The translations under genes were made by a program, and so were the position numbers. Positions 26,094-37,338 of a stretch of 51,034 bases of DNA are shown here, one piece after another. The first letter of the stretch is position 1. Each line of letters starts with the position of its first letter. Source of the stretch: a virus (taxonomy: Duplodnaviria > Caudoviricetes); IMG/VR virus record IMGVR_UViG_3300021432_000012, positions 1 through 51,034 of that record. One strand, given 5' to 3'. The notes under the pieces are model-generated. The model was not told the origin of the DNA and did not search any database. It saw only the letters and a list, made by a program, of their open reading frames with translations.

Positions 26094-26645
26094 ATGACAC
26101 GACATTCAAACGGCTTTGTAGGCGGTGATGACCGTCTCCGCAAATCGTCCGGCGACAATCGTACAGATCGCGATTCTGCTGATTTGGACCGCATTGCGCA
26201 AGATGGAACCGCTCTAACTGCTGCGGAACGGCGTAAGCTGCTACGCGCAGAATTCACGCAAGAAATTCTACCATCCTGTCCTCCCATTCCTGGTTGGCAT
26301 CTTTGCTGGTTATCGACTAATAGCAAGGGTGACCCAATCCATGCACGCATGCGCCTTGGCTATGTTCCAGTCAAGTCAAATGAAGTGCAGGGATTGGAAA
26401 AATACGGGATGACTGGCGGAGAATGGGATGGCATGATTTCTTGTAACGAAATGCTTCTGTTTAAAATCCCCAATGAGACCTATCAAGACATGATGACATT
26501 GTTTCATCATGATATGCCATTGGAAAATGAAGAAGCAATCAGGAGCCAGATAGACGGGCAGGAAATTGCCGTGGAAGCTGAAAAAGGCGTTCCCGATGGT
26601 TTCAACCAACTCGCGCATAAAGTCCGAACCCCTACATTTATTTAA
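26094..26645 (+). CDS. Conserved head-module protein
   Basis: LP..PPIPGWHLCWLST...RMRLGYVPV...CNEMLLFKIP. Confidence 0.75.
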   Translation: MTRHSNGFVGGDDRLRKSSGDNRTDRDSADLDRIAQDGTALTAAERRKLLRAEFTQEILPSCPPIPGWHLCWLSTNSKGDPIHARMRLGYVPVKSNEVQGLEKYGMTGGEWDGMISCNEMLLFKIPNETYQDMMTLFHHDMPLENEEAIRSQIDGQEIAVEAEKGVPDGFNQLAHKVRTPTFI

Positions 26646-26660
26646 TTTCGGAGAAATATC

Positions 26661-27230
26661 ATGAGTGCAACGAGCAACCCATTTGGCTTCCGTCCTGCGG
26701 AAAGCCCAATAGGCAATTCGCGTGCAAATACGTACAATATCGCCTCTGGCTATGGTACGGCTATGTACAAAGGACAGCCTGTCATTCTGAATACTAACGG
26801 CACAATCACAGCTGGTACTTCCGCAGCCGATATTATCGGTGTATTCGCGGGTTGTGAATATGTCGATTCAACTGGACGACCACAACGGTCAACTTTCTGG
26901 CCTGCTTCCACTACTGTACTCGCAGGTACTTTGCCTGTCGCGTATGTATGGGACGACCCGAATACCGTATTTGAAGTTCAATCTGATGGATCAATAGCCC
27001 AAGTTGATATCGGTGATCAGTGCGACGTAAGTAACGTAAGCAATGCAAATACTACTGCTGGGTTGTCTCAGTGCACACTGAGCGCAACGAAAGCAGGGGC
27101 CGGCTCTCAAGGCCAATTTCGTATTCTGCGCTTCGCTGGTCAGGTAGATAATGTGGTAGGTGACGCTTTTACCGTGGTTCAGGTACAAATCGCACGTAGC
27201 CAGTATATCGCTAACAAAGTCGCCATTTAA
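26661..27230 (+). CDS. Capsid decoration / cement protein
   Basis: PFGFRP...GVFAGCEY...DDPNTVFEVQ; directly upstream of the MCP gene. Confidence 0.75.
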   Translation: MSATSNPFGFRPAESPIGNSRANTYNIASGYGTAMYKGQPVILNTNGTITAGTSAADIIGVFAGCEYVDSTGRPQRSTFWPASTTVLAGTLPVAYVWDDPNTVFEVQSDGSIAQVDIGDQCDVSNVSNANTTAGLSQCTLSATKAGAGSQGQFRILRFAGQVDNVVGDAFTVVQVQIARSQYIANKVAI

Positions 27231-27259
27231 TTAGCCAAAACTCATAAAGGAGAATTATC

Positions 27260-28177
27260 ATGGCAACTAATATTATGCGCAGTACGGACTTTAAAAGCAT
27301 CGTTGAGCCAATACTCAACGAAGCCTTTGACGGCATCTACGACCAACGTGATGACGAATACAAACAGATTTTCAAGGAAAGCATGGGTATTCCACGTGCT
27401 TATCATGAAGAACCTGTGCTGTTCGGCTTCAACGCCGCACCGGAACTTCCAGACGGCATGCCAGTCACGTATCAGGCCGGTGGTATCTTGTTCAACCAGC
27501 GCTATATCTACAAAGTCTACGGCTTGGCTTATGCCTTGACAAAAGTCTTGGTAGAAGATGGCGACCATATCCGCATCGGCAAAACCTATGCAGAGCATCT
27601 AGCACAATCCTTGATTGAAACCAAGGAACTGAATTGCGCCAACATCCTAAACCGTGCATACAATTCATCGTATAACATCGGTGACGCGACTACTTTGGGC
27701 AGTTCTTCTCATCCATTAGTGAATGGTACTTTCTCTAATATATTGTCGGTGGCAGCAGCTTTGTCACAGACATCGTTAGAGCAAATGCTGATCTTGTTAC
27801 GCACTAACGGCGTGGACAACAACGGCAAAAAAGTACGTTTGATGCCTGAAAAATTGGTAGTTGCACCTGGTAACGAATTGCAAGCAGAAGTCTTGCTCAA
27901 TTCCGTCCTGCGTACCGGAACCAATAACAATGACATCAACCCTATCAAGTCGATGGGTTATCTGAAGAAAGTGGCTGTTATCACTCGCCAGACTTCAGCA
28001 ACTCAGTGGGGTATCACTACCGATGTTAAGGACGGCTTTAAACTGTTGATGCGCCGTAAAATGGAGAAATCCATGGAAGGCGATTTTGAAACAGACAGCA
28101 TGCGCTTTAAATGCACTGAGCGTTACATCGCAGGGGTCACTGACCCACGCGTGTACTACTCTACTCCTGGCGTTTAA
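27260..28177 (+). CDS. Major capsid protein (HK97 fold)
   Basis: AYHEE...GFNAAP...ETKE..ANILNRA...H P...NDINPI...EGDFET..ERY..G..DPR. Confidence 0.92.
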   Translation: MATNIMRSTDFKSIVEPILNEAFDGIYDQRDDEYKQIFKESMGIPRAYHEEPVLFGFNAAPELPDGMPVTYQAGGILFNQRYIYKVYGLAYALTKVLVEDGDHIRIGKTYAEHLAQSLIETKELNCANILNRAYNSSYNIGDATTLGSSSHPLVNGTFSNILSVAAALSQTSLEQMLILLRTNGVDNNGKKVRLMPEKLVVAPGNELQAEVLLNSVLRTGTNNNDINPIKSMGYLKKVAVITRQTSATQWGITTDVKDGFKLLMRRKMEKSMEGDFETDSMRFKCTERYIAGVTDPRVYYSTPGV

Positions 28178-28187
28178 TGTGAAATTT

Positions 28188-28216
28188 TCTAGGAGGCTAA
28201 CCCCTCCTAGATTTTT
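28188..28216 (+). terminator. Rho-independent terminator after the MCP gene
   Basis: tctaggagg/cctcctaga followed by TTTTT. Confidence 0.85.
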
Positions 28217-28230
28217 GAAAAGGAATTATC

Positions 28231-29385
28231 ATGGCTCTCTGTTTCAATACGGGACCAAATGTCACAACAGGCAATCTTGATACTTCTCAAGTGCATGATG
28301 CTGATATCGGGCCTAATGTGGATTATCAAGGTTCTGGGCTGCTAGACCCGCGCTTTGTGGGTTCTGTCGGTGCTGCTCCAGGTTCTAAAGTATATGCAGT
28401 TTATACAAACCCATTCATTGCGATGGTTGATGCCATTCCGCAAGCTATCGGCGTAGGCCGTATTGCAGCGGCGCAGAATATCACCAATGCAACGGCAATG
28501 ACACTGGTAAGTGCTCAAGGTGCTGGTGTATCTCCAAATATGCCAGTAGTTCCTTTGGGTTCGCAGGTATCTTCTGCGAATGTGGTCAAGGCTTTGGTGC
28601 TTGATTTTGGTTTCAGTACAGGTAATACAACTGCGACATCTGCATCTGTTACCATTCCTGCTGGAGCTAGCAAGTTCTATACGCCAGGTCAGAAAATAGC
28701 AATTTCAGGTGCAGGCGCATCGGCTAACAATCCTCTTCTGACTTCAGTTGTTTCTGTCTCTGGCACAACTCTTGTAGTTAAAGACGTTGCAGGCCAGACA
28801 GTAAGCAATGCGCAGATAGGAACATTGGATTTGACAGGCACTCAAATCTGGCCTTACATCTATGCTGGCGGTGTTGCTTGTTATGACCCGACTCAAGGAT
28901 TGGCTAGGTGTGTTTCAATCACTGGTGCTGCTTCTAATGCTGGCTCTACTTTCACCGTAAAAGGTTATGACATCTATAACCAGCCGATGACTGAAGCAAT
29001 TACAGTAGGTGCTGGTGTGACTACAGCAGTGAACGGTAAAAAAGCTTGGAAGTCGATTGTTTCTGTGACTCCAAATTCCACAGATGCTCATAACTACAGT
29101 GTAGATACTACCGATATTTTCGGACTTGCTGTACGTTCTGATTTCTGGGAATACATGAACGTTTATTACAATGGTGCGTTTGTTTCTGTTAGCACTGGTT
29201 GGACTGTCGTAGACACCACAACTCCAGCGACTACCACCACAGGCGATGTACGCGGTACTTATGCAGTGCAGAGTGCATCTAATGGCACAAAACGTTTAGC
29301 GGCATTTACTTCATTGCCGATATATAATGCCATAGGTGCTAATAACCTGAATACGGTAACGCTGTTTGGTGTTACTAACGTTTAA
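28231..29385 (+). CDS. Virion structural protein
   Basis: FTVKGYDIYNQPMTE...GKKAWK...TTDIFGL...TTGDVRGTY. Confidence 0.75.
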   Translation: MALCFNTGPNVTTGNLDTSQVHDADIGPNVDYQGSGLLDPRFVGSVGAAPGSKVYAVYTNPFIAMVDAIPQAIGVGRIAAAQNITNATAMTLVSAQGAGVSPNMPVVPLGSQVSSANVVKALVLDFGFSTGNTTATSASVTIPAGASKFYTPGQKIAISGAGASANNPLLTSVVSVSGTTLVVKDVAGQTVSNAQIGTLDLTGTQIWPYIYAGGVACYDPTQGLARCVSITGAASNAGSTFTVKGYDIYNQPMTEAITVGAGVTTAVNGKKAWKSIVSVTPNSTDAHNYSVDTTDIFGLAVRSDFWEYMNVYYNGAFVSVSTGWTVVDTTTPATTTTGDVRGTYAVQSASNGTKRLAAFTSLPIYNAIGANNLNTVTLFGVTNV

Positions 29386-29449
29386 TCACACTCACCCCTC
29401 GTGCTGTATAGCATAAGGAGGGGGAAGGAAAAAATATCGGATAGAAAAG

Positions 29450-30448
29450 ATGGCTACTTCGGGGACAGTCGGCGCTACTTTCTGGGACGTTACGACGGTC
29501 TTAGAGCATGCATTTCGCAGGTGCGGAATATTGTCCACATCAATCACTGCCGAGATGCAGTTATCTGCGAAGGAAAATCTTTTCTTCCTCCTTTCTGATC
29601 TCGCAAACAGAGGTATTAGTCTCTGGTGCGTTCAAAAAAACATCATAGGACTTTCCTTAAATCAGGAAGTCTACAATCTCCCTGTAGGAACTGTTGATAC
29701 TCTTGAAGTGCTCTATCGTACTGCAAGTTTCGTAGGAACTCCCACTTCTGCTACCGCAACTACATGGTCTACTGACTCAGGATCAGGACTTACTTCTGTA
29801 GTGACTACCATTGGCGTAACTTCCGCTACCGCACAAACACTTAATTTGGCAGTTGATACATCGCCTGATGGATCGACATGGACACAGCTTGGAGGCGTCA
29901 CACAGATAATCTGTGTAGCCAATACTCCAATGTGGTTCGACATCAATAATTCGATTGCACAACGTTTTTGGCGTGTCCGCGAGACTGTCTTGGGGACTTT
30001 GACGCTCTCTAGTGCTCAATTTGGATATAGTACGAATGAAGTACTGATGGCGAAATTGAACCGTGATGATTATGTGAATCTCCCGAACAAGAATTTCGCA
30101 GGCCGTCCGCTTCAGTTCTGGTATGACAAACAGGTAACAATCCCGCGTATTTGGTTATGGCCCACGCCAAATGACGCTACTGCTCAGATAGTAGTGTGGA
30201 ATCAAAGGCAGATACAGGATGTGGGAGCCTTGACGAATCAATTGGAAATACCTCAGCGCTGGTTAGAATCTGTGATTTTCTCATTGGCACATCGGCAGGC
30301 ATTGGAAATACCGGTGTCAATGATGCCTCCCGGAAGAATGGAATATCTTGAATCACAGGCAGAAAAACATTTACAACGTGCCGAAGCTGGTGAATCAGAC
30401 GGCTCCAATATGAAAATAATGCCAAACATCAGGGCGTACACAGCATGA
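29450..30448 (+). CDS. Head-tail adaptor-like protein
   Basis: MATSGT...AFRRCG...LANRGISLW...NRDDYVNLPNK...GRPLQFW...LWPTP. Confidence 0.75.
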   Translation: MATSGTVGATFWDVTTVLEHAFRRCGILSTSITAEMQLSAKENLFFLLSDLANRGISLWCVQKNIIGLSLNQEVYNLPVGTVDTLEVLYRTASFVGTPTSATATTWSTDSGSGLTSVVTTIGVTSATAQTLNLAVDTSPDGSTWTQLGGVTQIICVANTPMWFDINNSIAQRFWRVRETVLGTLTLSSAQFGYSTNEVLMAKLNRDDYVNLPNKNFAGRPLQFWYDKQVTIPRIWLWPTPNDATAQIVVWNQRQIQDVGALTNQLEIPQRWLESVIFSLAHRQALEIPVSMMPPGRMEYLESQAEKHLQRAEAGESDGSNMKIMPNIRAYTA

Positions 30449-30699
30449 GCAAATATCTTGATACAAATGGTAAAACTAGTCTCGCAGTAGGAATATGTGA
30501 CCGTTGCCATTTCAAAATGGCGCTCGCAGATATGGTCTCCGATCCTAATTCACCGGGCCTACGTGTGCATGCTGAATGTAAAGACCAATTTGACCCATAT
30601 CGTTTAGCCGCACGACAGCCAGAAAAAATAACCGTCCGTGAGCCGCGTCCTGATGCTGATATCAGCTTACCTACTGGCGTAATACCGCCGACTCTGTAA
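30445..30699 (+). CDS. Conserved small Cys protein
   Basis: ICDRC...PGLRV..EC.D...DPY...PRPD. Confidence 0.75.
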   Translation: MSKYLDTNGKTSLAVGICDRCHFKMALADMVSDPNSPGLRVHAECKDQFDPYRLAARQPEKITVREPRPDADISLPTGVIPPTL

Positions 30700-30708
30700 G
30701 GAGAAATC

Positions 30709-31995
30709 GTGTCTTTTAGCAACGTTTTTGGAGGCCAGACACTTCAGTCAAACGACGTAGCGTATCGTGCCGTGTCTTTGACTGCGAGCATAACTCTAGT
30801 CTGGCCGCAGTTCAGTGTATCGCCAACTGATTTTGTTGCAAAAATCATGGATGTTACTCCAACTGGCGCATTCAATATTACGATGCCGCCAGCAAATCAG
30901 GTATCTACTGGTGATATCTGTTTGGTGATTAATCGTGGCGCTTCTACGATTGGTATTCTTCGTAACGACGGTGTCACTATTACTTCTGTCGCGACAGGGC
31001 AGGTTTATTATTTATATTTGACAGATAACAGCACAACGGCAGGTACTTGGCAGTCCTTCCTTTACGGGTCTGGCTCAAGTTCGCTTACAGCTTCTTCAAT
31101 TGCTGGATATGACACGATTGCAATAGGCAGCACTCTGAATGTGCAGCATCCGATTGTAACTTTCAGTGCCAATAAAAATATTGTCGCTAGTGATCGTGGA
31201 TCAGTTCAGACTTGGACGAGCGGGACAGGAACTTTGACTTTGCCTCTGCTGAGTTCATTATCAAATGCAGGTTTCTATATCTCTGTTTCTAACCAAGGAT
31301 CAGGCATTCTCACGATTGCACCTACTGGTGCAGATGTGATCGATTCGGTGACTTCTATTGCTTTGCAGCCAGGCGACACATTGATGTTACATGCTGCGAC
31401 TGCGACGAACTGGTACACGATAGGACGTGGAAGAAATACGCAATTCGCCTTTACCCAATTGACCAAGACTGTCACTGGTGGGACAACAACATTGACTCAG
31501 ACAGAAGCATCCAATGTAATCCAGAATTATATTGGCGCTTTGACGTCCAATCAAACAGTAGTTTTGCCAGCGACGGTACAGGTTTATTACATCACAAATT
31601 CAACGACAGGGAATTTTACTTTAACGTTCCAAACTCCTACGCCTGGTCTTACCGTGCAATCCGCTCAAGGCAGCTCACAGATTTTATTCTGTGACGGAGT
31701 GAATGTTACGCAAGCGAACAATTCAATTGTAAGCAATATACCTAGTCTGACACTTGGCCCTGGTTCTGTATCCAATCCTTCACTTTCTTTTCAAGGAAGT
31801 TCGACAACTGGTTTGTATCAAAGTTTGCCGGGGTATTTGGATATTTCCGGTGGTGGCATAAAAGCCTTAGAGGTTACGCCAGGTGGGCAAGTTGTTATCC
31901 CTAATGTTTTGATTACCGGTGGCTCTATTACTGGTGCTAATTTGCCTAGCGCACCTATCCCAGATTTTATACTTTACGCACAAGGAATATCATAA
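30709..31995 (+). CDS. Tail structural / fibre-base protein
   Basis: Thr/Ser/Gly-rich beta protein; GSVSNPSLSF...TGLY. Confidence 0.7.
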   Translation: MSFSNVFGGQTLQSNDVAYRAVSLTASITLVWPQFSVSPTDFVAKIMDVTPTGAFNITMPPANQVSTGDICLVINRGASTIGILRNDGVTITSVATGQVYYLYLTDNSTTAGTWQSFLYGSGSSSLTASSIAGYDTIAIGSTLNVQHPIVTFSANKNIVASDRGSVQTWTSGTGTLTLPLLSSLSNAGFYISVSNQGSGILTIAPTGADVIDSVTSIALQPGDTLMLHAATATNWYTIGRGRNTQFAFTQLTKTVTGGTTTLTQTEASNVIQNYIGALTSNQTVVLPATVQVYYITNSTTGNFTLTFQTPTPGLTVQSAQGSSQILFCDGVNVTQANNSIVSNIPSLTLGPGSVSNPSLSFQGSSTTGLYQSLPGYLDISGGGIKALEVTPGGQVVIPNVLITGGSITGANLPSAPIPDFILYAQGIS

Positions 31996-32643
31996 ATGTC
32001 TACGCAAGCACAATATGCCGTTACTCCAAAAATAGGCAACGTTGCTATTTCTACGGCAAATACGAATAGAGATGGGACAGGAACCATAGGGATTTGCTAT
32101 GTAGCAGGAAATAGCGGAGCTAGGATTGATAGGGTTCAAACTGTCGCAGCAGGAACAACTACTACTAATGTAGTGAGGTATTTCATTACTCAAGGTGCGC
32201 CAGGGCCTGCAATCGCGACGATTACTTTTTCTGGTACTACAGCGACGGTAACTACTTCGACGGCGCATGGGTTGAGTACTGGAGCTTTGGTATCAGTACA
32301 AGGTGCCTACCCTATTGATTACAACGTCTTCGGAGTGGCAATCACGGTGACATCAACAACTGCATTCACCTATACGATGTCAACTACACCTACGGTCAAT
32401 GCAACGACAACAGGGTATTTTTCATCGACTGTTGCAACACCAGTGACTAAGCTTTTCCGTGAAGTGCTTATTACCGCGAATACTCCTTCAACGTCTGTGG
32501 GTGTATTCAGTAATACGATGGCGACAAATAGCGCAACTGATATTGGATATTTCCCATTGATCCTTCCACCTGGTTATTCTTTGCGTTGTTCCACAAATAA
32601 TGCTGAGACCTATAACTGCTTTGCAGATGGAGGTGATTTCTAA
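31996..32643 (+). CDS. Tail fibre-associated protein
   Basis: ISTANTNRDGTGT; ATVTTSTAHGLSTG small beta-domain. Confidence 0.7.
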   Translation: MSTQAQYAVTPKIGNVAISTANTNRDGTGTIGICYVAGNSGARIDRVQTVAAGTTTTNVVRYFITQGAPGPAIATITFSGTTATVTTSTAHGLSTGALVSVQGAYPIDYNVFGVAITVTSTTAFTYTMSTTPTVNATTTGYFSSTVATPVTKLFREVLITANTPSTSVGVFSNTMATNSATDIGYFPLILPPGYSLRCSTNNAETYNCFADGGDF

Positions 32644-34493
32644 TGGAAGCTGGAGCTTATGGTTTCCCGCCAGGCGTCACGACGGTTAATTTTTCAAATA
32701 TCGCGTCTGCCAATGCGATAGCTACCACAAGTCTTACCTTGAGCGGGACGGCACAATATCAACCTACTCAAATGTCAGCGCTTGGTCAATCTGTGACGCT
32801 TCCGAATGCTTTGCAGTTGCCTCTTGGTGGTCCGCAATTCATCATTGATAATTCGAAGGGTACTTATCCGGTAGGACTCAGGGATAATACAGGAGCATTA
32901 TTGTTTGGAATCTCTGCTGGTGGTGTCGCTTATGCTTCATTGAGTTCAAATTCTTCTCAGGCCGGTGCATGGACAATTAATGGTACAAATCTTGAACCTG
33001 GGTTTATTACGATAGACAATACTTTCAGTAATACATTTAGCGCTACTTACAGGAATGCATTCGTTGCTTTGGACAGCAATACATCTATTCATTTTGCATC
33101 AATCGCTAGCGGATTTTCTGCGTTCATTGTAGATAATAAAGGGAAGGTCGTTTCTACCCCGGTGACAGTGGATGCTGGCGCTTCCATGCGGCCTATTATC
33201 GCTTATAAAATCGACGCGACGGACGCTATAGTTTTCTATGGCGATGGAACGACATCTAAAGTCGTTGTGTTGACATTGACAGGGGCATCTCCTACTTTGT
33301 CATTAACGGTAAATACAGCGCAGAGTACAACTGCTCCTGGTGGTTCATGGGGGGGAGAAGATTCCCAGCATTCACCAGTTCTTATACAACTTTCTAGTAC
33401 TCTGTATTCAGTCGGATATACGATTGCGGCAGTTGCTAGTACATTCGCTATTTCAGTTTCTGGAGTTAGTATAACAATTGGCGCAGCCGTCAATATGTTA
33501 GCAGCAAATGCATTAAGCAATAGTGTAACAATGTATGCGTTGACTTCAACAACTGCATTGATGCTTGTGCTAAATACCAGCACTATAAAAGTAAATGCCG
33601 CTGTCATATCAATAGCTGGGTCAACATCTTCAGTTGGAACTGTAGTAGCAACTGCATCTAGCACCACACAGACTTCTGGTAATCCGGTAGCGTCTTCTCT
33701 ATTGTCATCAACAAAAGCAGTAGTTGCTCTGGATAATAATGGAGCGGTGCAAATGAATGTTGTTCCACTTACTATCGCAGGAAATGTTATTACTGTAGGA
33801 TCAGAATTAACTGTTGAATCATCATCAATAATACAAAGTTCATGTCTTTATAAAACGGATAACGCGACCAGATTCAACCCGCATTTTTGGCTAATTTCTG
33901 CTGGAGGGTCTAATGTATTTGGCATGTGGTATTTTGATACCAATGGAGTATCTCGCGTAGTTATTCTTACTGAAAATTCAGGAACGATTACAGCAGGAAC
34001 AATTGTATATAACAGCATATCTTCCGCCGCTACTAATGCAGTCGGCAACGGAATAATGATGCAACAAGGAATAACTGAATTCTCTGCTTTACGATGTTCA
34101 TTGTCGAATACAGCGGGGTTCGGTTTATATATTTCTGCACATAAAATAAACGGAAGCACTATTACTGTAGGTGATGGGCAAAATGCAAGAGAGGCAAATC
34201 AATTGGGCCTATCTGCTCTTAATTTTGCGAAAGATTCTAGTGGTAATTATTGCGTGTTGGTTACATCAACAAATGCATCAGGATCAGTAAGGGTTCCAGT
34301 TTTCAGAAGTAATGGAGATGTTATCAATTATCGTGGCGCTTTCAGCATTCCAGAAATAAATGTTGCTGCTGGAACGACCTTAACGGCAAATCCGTCCAGC
34401 AATAGATTTGTCATCATAGGTTCGACAATCGCCGGTACAAATGGTCTCAATAGTCAGCAATTGAGATTGCTTAATGTGGAGATGGCAGCATGA
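32643..34493 (+). CDS. Putative receptor-binding protein (beta-propeller-like repeats)
   Basis: About 50-aa repeats of type LS.T...V.Y...V.ISGT.IT.G. Confidence 0.65.
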   Translation: MEAGAYGFPPGVTTVNFSNIASANAIATTSLTLSGTAQYQPTQMSALGQSVTLPNALQLPLGGPQFIIDNSKGTYPVGLRDNTGALLFGISAGGVAYASLSSNSSQAGAWTINGTNLEPGFITIDNTFSNTFSATYRNAFVALDSNTSIHFASIASGFSAFIVDNKGKVVSTPVTVDAGASMRPIIAYKIDATDAIVFYGDGTTSKVVVLTLTGASPTLSLTVNTAQSTTAPGGSWGGEDSQHSPVLIQLSSTLYSVGYTIAAVASTFAISVSGVSITIGAAVNMLAANALSNSVTMYALTSTTALMLVLNTSTIKVNAAVISIAGSTSSVGTVVATASSTTQTSGNPVASSLLSSTKAVVALDNNGAVQMNVVPLTIAGNVITVGSELTVESSSIIQSSCLYKTDNATRFNPHFWLISAGGSNVFGMWYFDTNGVSRVVILTENSGTITAGTIVYNSISSAATNAVGNGIMMQQGITEFSALRCSLSNTAGFGLYISAHKINGSTITVGDGQNAREANQLGLSALNFAKDSSGNYCVLVTSTNASGSVRVPVFRSNGDVINYRGAFSIPEINVAAGTTLTANPSSNRFVIIGSTIAGTNGLNSQQLRLLNVEMAA

Positions 34494-34942
34494 CGCAATT
34501 ACTTATTCAGGGATCATCAATATTAGCTCAAGCGCCATTGACTGACACCGGAGATGCGATTCATTCGGTTGATTGCATTTATCCCAAAACATCAATGTCT
34601 GGATGGCAGATTATTGATGTAGCCGTTCCTTCTGGGTTTGTTCCTTCTGCATATACGTGGAATGGGGCTGCGCTTGTTCAGAATTCTGTAACTTTTGTTG
34701 CGCCTGTTCCGCAGTCAGTGACGCGGTTTCAAGGAATGGCGGCATTGCAAAAAGCCGGACTACTTTCCAAGGCTCAATCTATTGTCTCTGCCAGTACTGA
34801 CCCTATGGTGTCGATTGCGTGGAACAATACATCAACTTTCGATAGAGGAAGCCCTACAGTAGCGGCGATATCGGCAGCGCTATCTTTGACTAGCGCACAG
34901 GTAGATGCCCTATTTGTTGCTGCTAGTCAGATTACTGCATAG
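34490..34942 (+). CDS. Tail fibre assembly-like protein
   Basis: VPQSVTRFQ..AAL...W....F.R.SP.V...L..AQVDALF..A. Confidence 0.7.
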   Translation: MTQLLIQGSSILAQAPLTDTGDAIHSVDCIYPKTSMSGWQIIDVAVPSGFVPSAYTWNGAALVQNSVTFVAPVPQSVTRFQGMAALQKAGLLSKAQSIVSASTDPMVSIAWNNTSTFDRGSPTVAAISAALSLTSAQVDALFVAASQITA

Positions 34943-34949
34943 GTGAAAT

Positions 34950-35576
34950 ATGGCTGAATCAATGACTTTTAATTCTCTTATCACCGATGTTGAGAATTAC
35001 TTGGAAAGGACGGATACGAATCTCATTAATTCGATTCCGAGATTTGTCATGTATGCAGAGAATAGAATTGCCGCAGAATTGAAAATTCAAGGTTTCCAAA
35101 CTCCGATTTCTGGGACATTTCAAGTCGGTATGAGTACGTTACCTAAGCCTGCTTTTTGGCGTGATACGATCAGTTTTAATTTGACGGATTTGAATGGGAA
35201 TAGGGTAGAGATACTTCCTCGTTCTTATGAATACTGCCGGAATGTATACACGAATCCGACTACACAGGCACAGCCAAGATTTTATGCTGACTATGACCCA
35301 AACAATTTCCTGATTTCTCCAACGCCAGATCAGGCATACAACTTTGAATTGCTCTATCACGCAAGATTACAACCTTTAGACGTGTCGCATCAAACAAATT
35401 GGATGACAATTACTGTCCCTCAATTACTGTTCTATGCAACGATGATAGAGGCTCAGATTTTTCTGAAGAATACCGACATGATGAATTTCTGGCAGTCGAA
35501 TTATGATCGCACAATGGCAGCGCTCAATAAAGAAAGCCAAGATCATAAAATAGATAGGACTATCATCAATGGCTGA
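34950..35576 (+). CDS. Head-tail adaptor (tail tubular protein A-like)
   Basis: YLER.D...IPRFV..AE.RI...PTPD..Y..EL.Y...NW...P.LL.Y. Confidence 0.8.
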   Translation: MAESMTFNSLITDVENYLERTDTNLINSIPRFVMYAENRIAAELKIQGFQTPISGTFQVGMSTLPKPAFWRDTISFNLTDLNGNRVEILPRSYEYCRNVYTNPTTQAQPRFYADYDPNNFLISPTPDQAYNFELLYHARLQPLDVSHQTNWMTITVPQLLFYATMIEAQIFLKNTDMMNFWQSNYDRTMAALNKESQDHKIDRTIING

Positions 35577-37338
35577 GAATGTCTACGCTATTACTAGCCA
35601 AGCTGGTATCCAGAGGGACGGCACATCACTTGATAGCCCTCTGTATTCGGATGCGCTATGGTGTCGCTTTCAACGTGGACGCCCACGCAAGATAGGTGGC
35701 TACAAGTCTATCAACGATCAATTAGCAGGACCGATACGTGGCACTTATCTTGATGCTAGGAATTCATCGTCTACTGTTCATACCTTCAGCCAAACAGGAA
35801 TAGAAAAGCTACAAATTAATGCACTTGGCTCTGCTGGTGGAATTGTAGATAGAACGCCTGCTGGATTTGTCGCTAATTCGAATTTCACATGGTCGATGTC
35901 TTCCATGTTCAGTTCAACAGGTGGCTCATATGCCGCTCTGATAGCCGCATCTACACCAGATTTAGCAGATATCTCTGCCGATATTGGAGGCGGTATTTAT
36001 GCTGGAGATTTGTCTGGGACAGGGGCATTTATTCAGATTTCAGACGGATCAGGGAATATTTTAGTTTCTGGTGGAGCGGTCGTTTTGCAACCTTTTTTAT
36101 TCGTCTATGGAAGCAATGGGTTAATACGAAATTCCAACGCGAACGACTTTTCTACTGCAACAGGTTGGACAACAGGCGGCGCAAATTTTGCCAATAGCGC
36201 GAACGTGGCAGGGACAAAAATAGTGAAAGGTCTTCCTATGCGCGGCGGCACAGTGGCTCCTGCTGGGCTATTCTGGTCACTTGATAGTTTGATTCGCGTT
36301 ACATTCGTCGGAGGTAGCGCGCTTTGGAGATACGACACAATTTCAGCATCCATTTCCGTATTATCCAAAAATTCCATCGTTGAATATGACGGCCTATATT
36401 TTTGGATCGGGATAGACCGGTTTTTTGTCTATAACGGTGTGGTGAATGAGCTTCCAAATAGTGTGAATTTGAATTATTTCTTTGATAATTTGAATTATTC
36501 TCAGCGTCAAAAAGTCTTTGCCGTGAAAGTTCCTCGCTATGGTGAAATATGGTGGATGTATCCGAGCGCAGGTCAAACCGAATGCAATAAAGTCCTGATT
36601 TACAATGTGCGAGAAAGAACATGGTATGACAATGTGATAAGCAGGTCTGCTGGTACGAATGCAAGCGTCTATCAATATCCTATCATGGCTGGTGTCGAGG
36701 ATTCATATCAATCGGTTAAAATATCTATTACTCAAACTTCCGGTACTTTTGCCATTGGCGATTCTGTCACTGGTAGTTTGTCATTAGTTGTAGGGAAGAT
36801 AGTTAAAATACTTGGTGGAAACATTAACGTTACCACGACATCACTCAATAATTACGTTAATAATGAAGTATTAACAAACCAAAATGGCTCAACTGCGCTA
36901 ATTACTAGTGCTCCAGCAAATCAGCAAATAGATGTATTGTGGCAACAAGAAACAGGCGTTGATAAAGTCCATAATTCGACAGTAACTGCTATCAGAAGCT
37001 ACTTTCAAACAACAGATTATGCTCAATTTCTTGAAGGCGCATTTACACAAGCGGACGCGGGGCCAGATCAGCAAACTAGGGCAATCCGTTTAGAGCCTGA
37101 TTTCGTCAGGTCTGGTCCAATGAATTTTTATGTCAACGGTTCATCGTTTTCGACTCCGACTGTGAAATATCCCAATGTTTTATCAAATGCTTACCCATTC
37201 CAGCCTACTGACTCTTTCATTAATCTGCGTGAGCAACGACGCATCATGCAATTGCGATTCGAAAGCAATGTGATTGGTGGGAATTACCAATGTGGCAAAA
37301 ACATACTGACTTTCGAGAAAGGCGATAGGCACGGATGA
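35569..37338 (+). CDS. Tail nozzle / stabilization protein (P22 gp10 or tubular B-like)
   Basis: GIQRDGT...W.RF.RG.PRKIGG...EIWW.YP...YN.RE..WY; position. Confidence 0.8.
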   Translation: MAENVYAITSQAGIQRDGTSLDSPLYSDALWCRFQRGRPRKIGGYKSINDQLAGPIRGTYLDARNSSSTVHTFSQTGIEKLQINALGSAGGIVDRTPAGFVANSNFTWSMSSMFSSTGGSYAALIAASTPDLADISADIGGGIYAGDLSGTGAFIQISDGSGNILVSGGAVVLQPFLFVYGSNGLIRNSNANDFSTATGWTTGGANFANSANVAGTKIVKGLPMRGGTVAPAGLFWSLDSLIRVTFVGGSALWRYDTISASISVLSKNSIVEYDGLYFWIGIDRFFVYNGVVNELPNSVNLNYFFDNLNYSQRQKVFAVKVPRYGEIWWMYPSAGQTECNKVLIYNVRERTWYDNVISRSAGTNASVYQYPIMAGVEDSYQSVKISITQTSGTFAIGDSVTGSLSLVVGKIVKILGGNINVTTTSLNNYVNNEVLTNQNGSTALITSAPANQQIDVLWQQETGVDKVHNSTVTAIRSYFQTTDYAQFLEGAFTQADAGPDQQTRAIRLEPDFVRSGPMNFYVNGSSFSTPTVKYPNVLSNAYPFQPTDSFINLREQRRIMQLRFESNVIGGNYQCGKNILTFEKGDRHG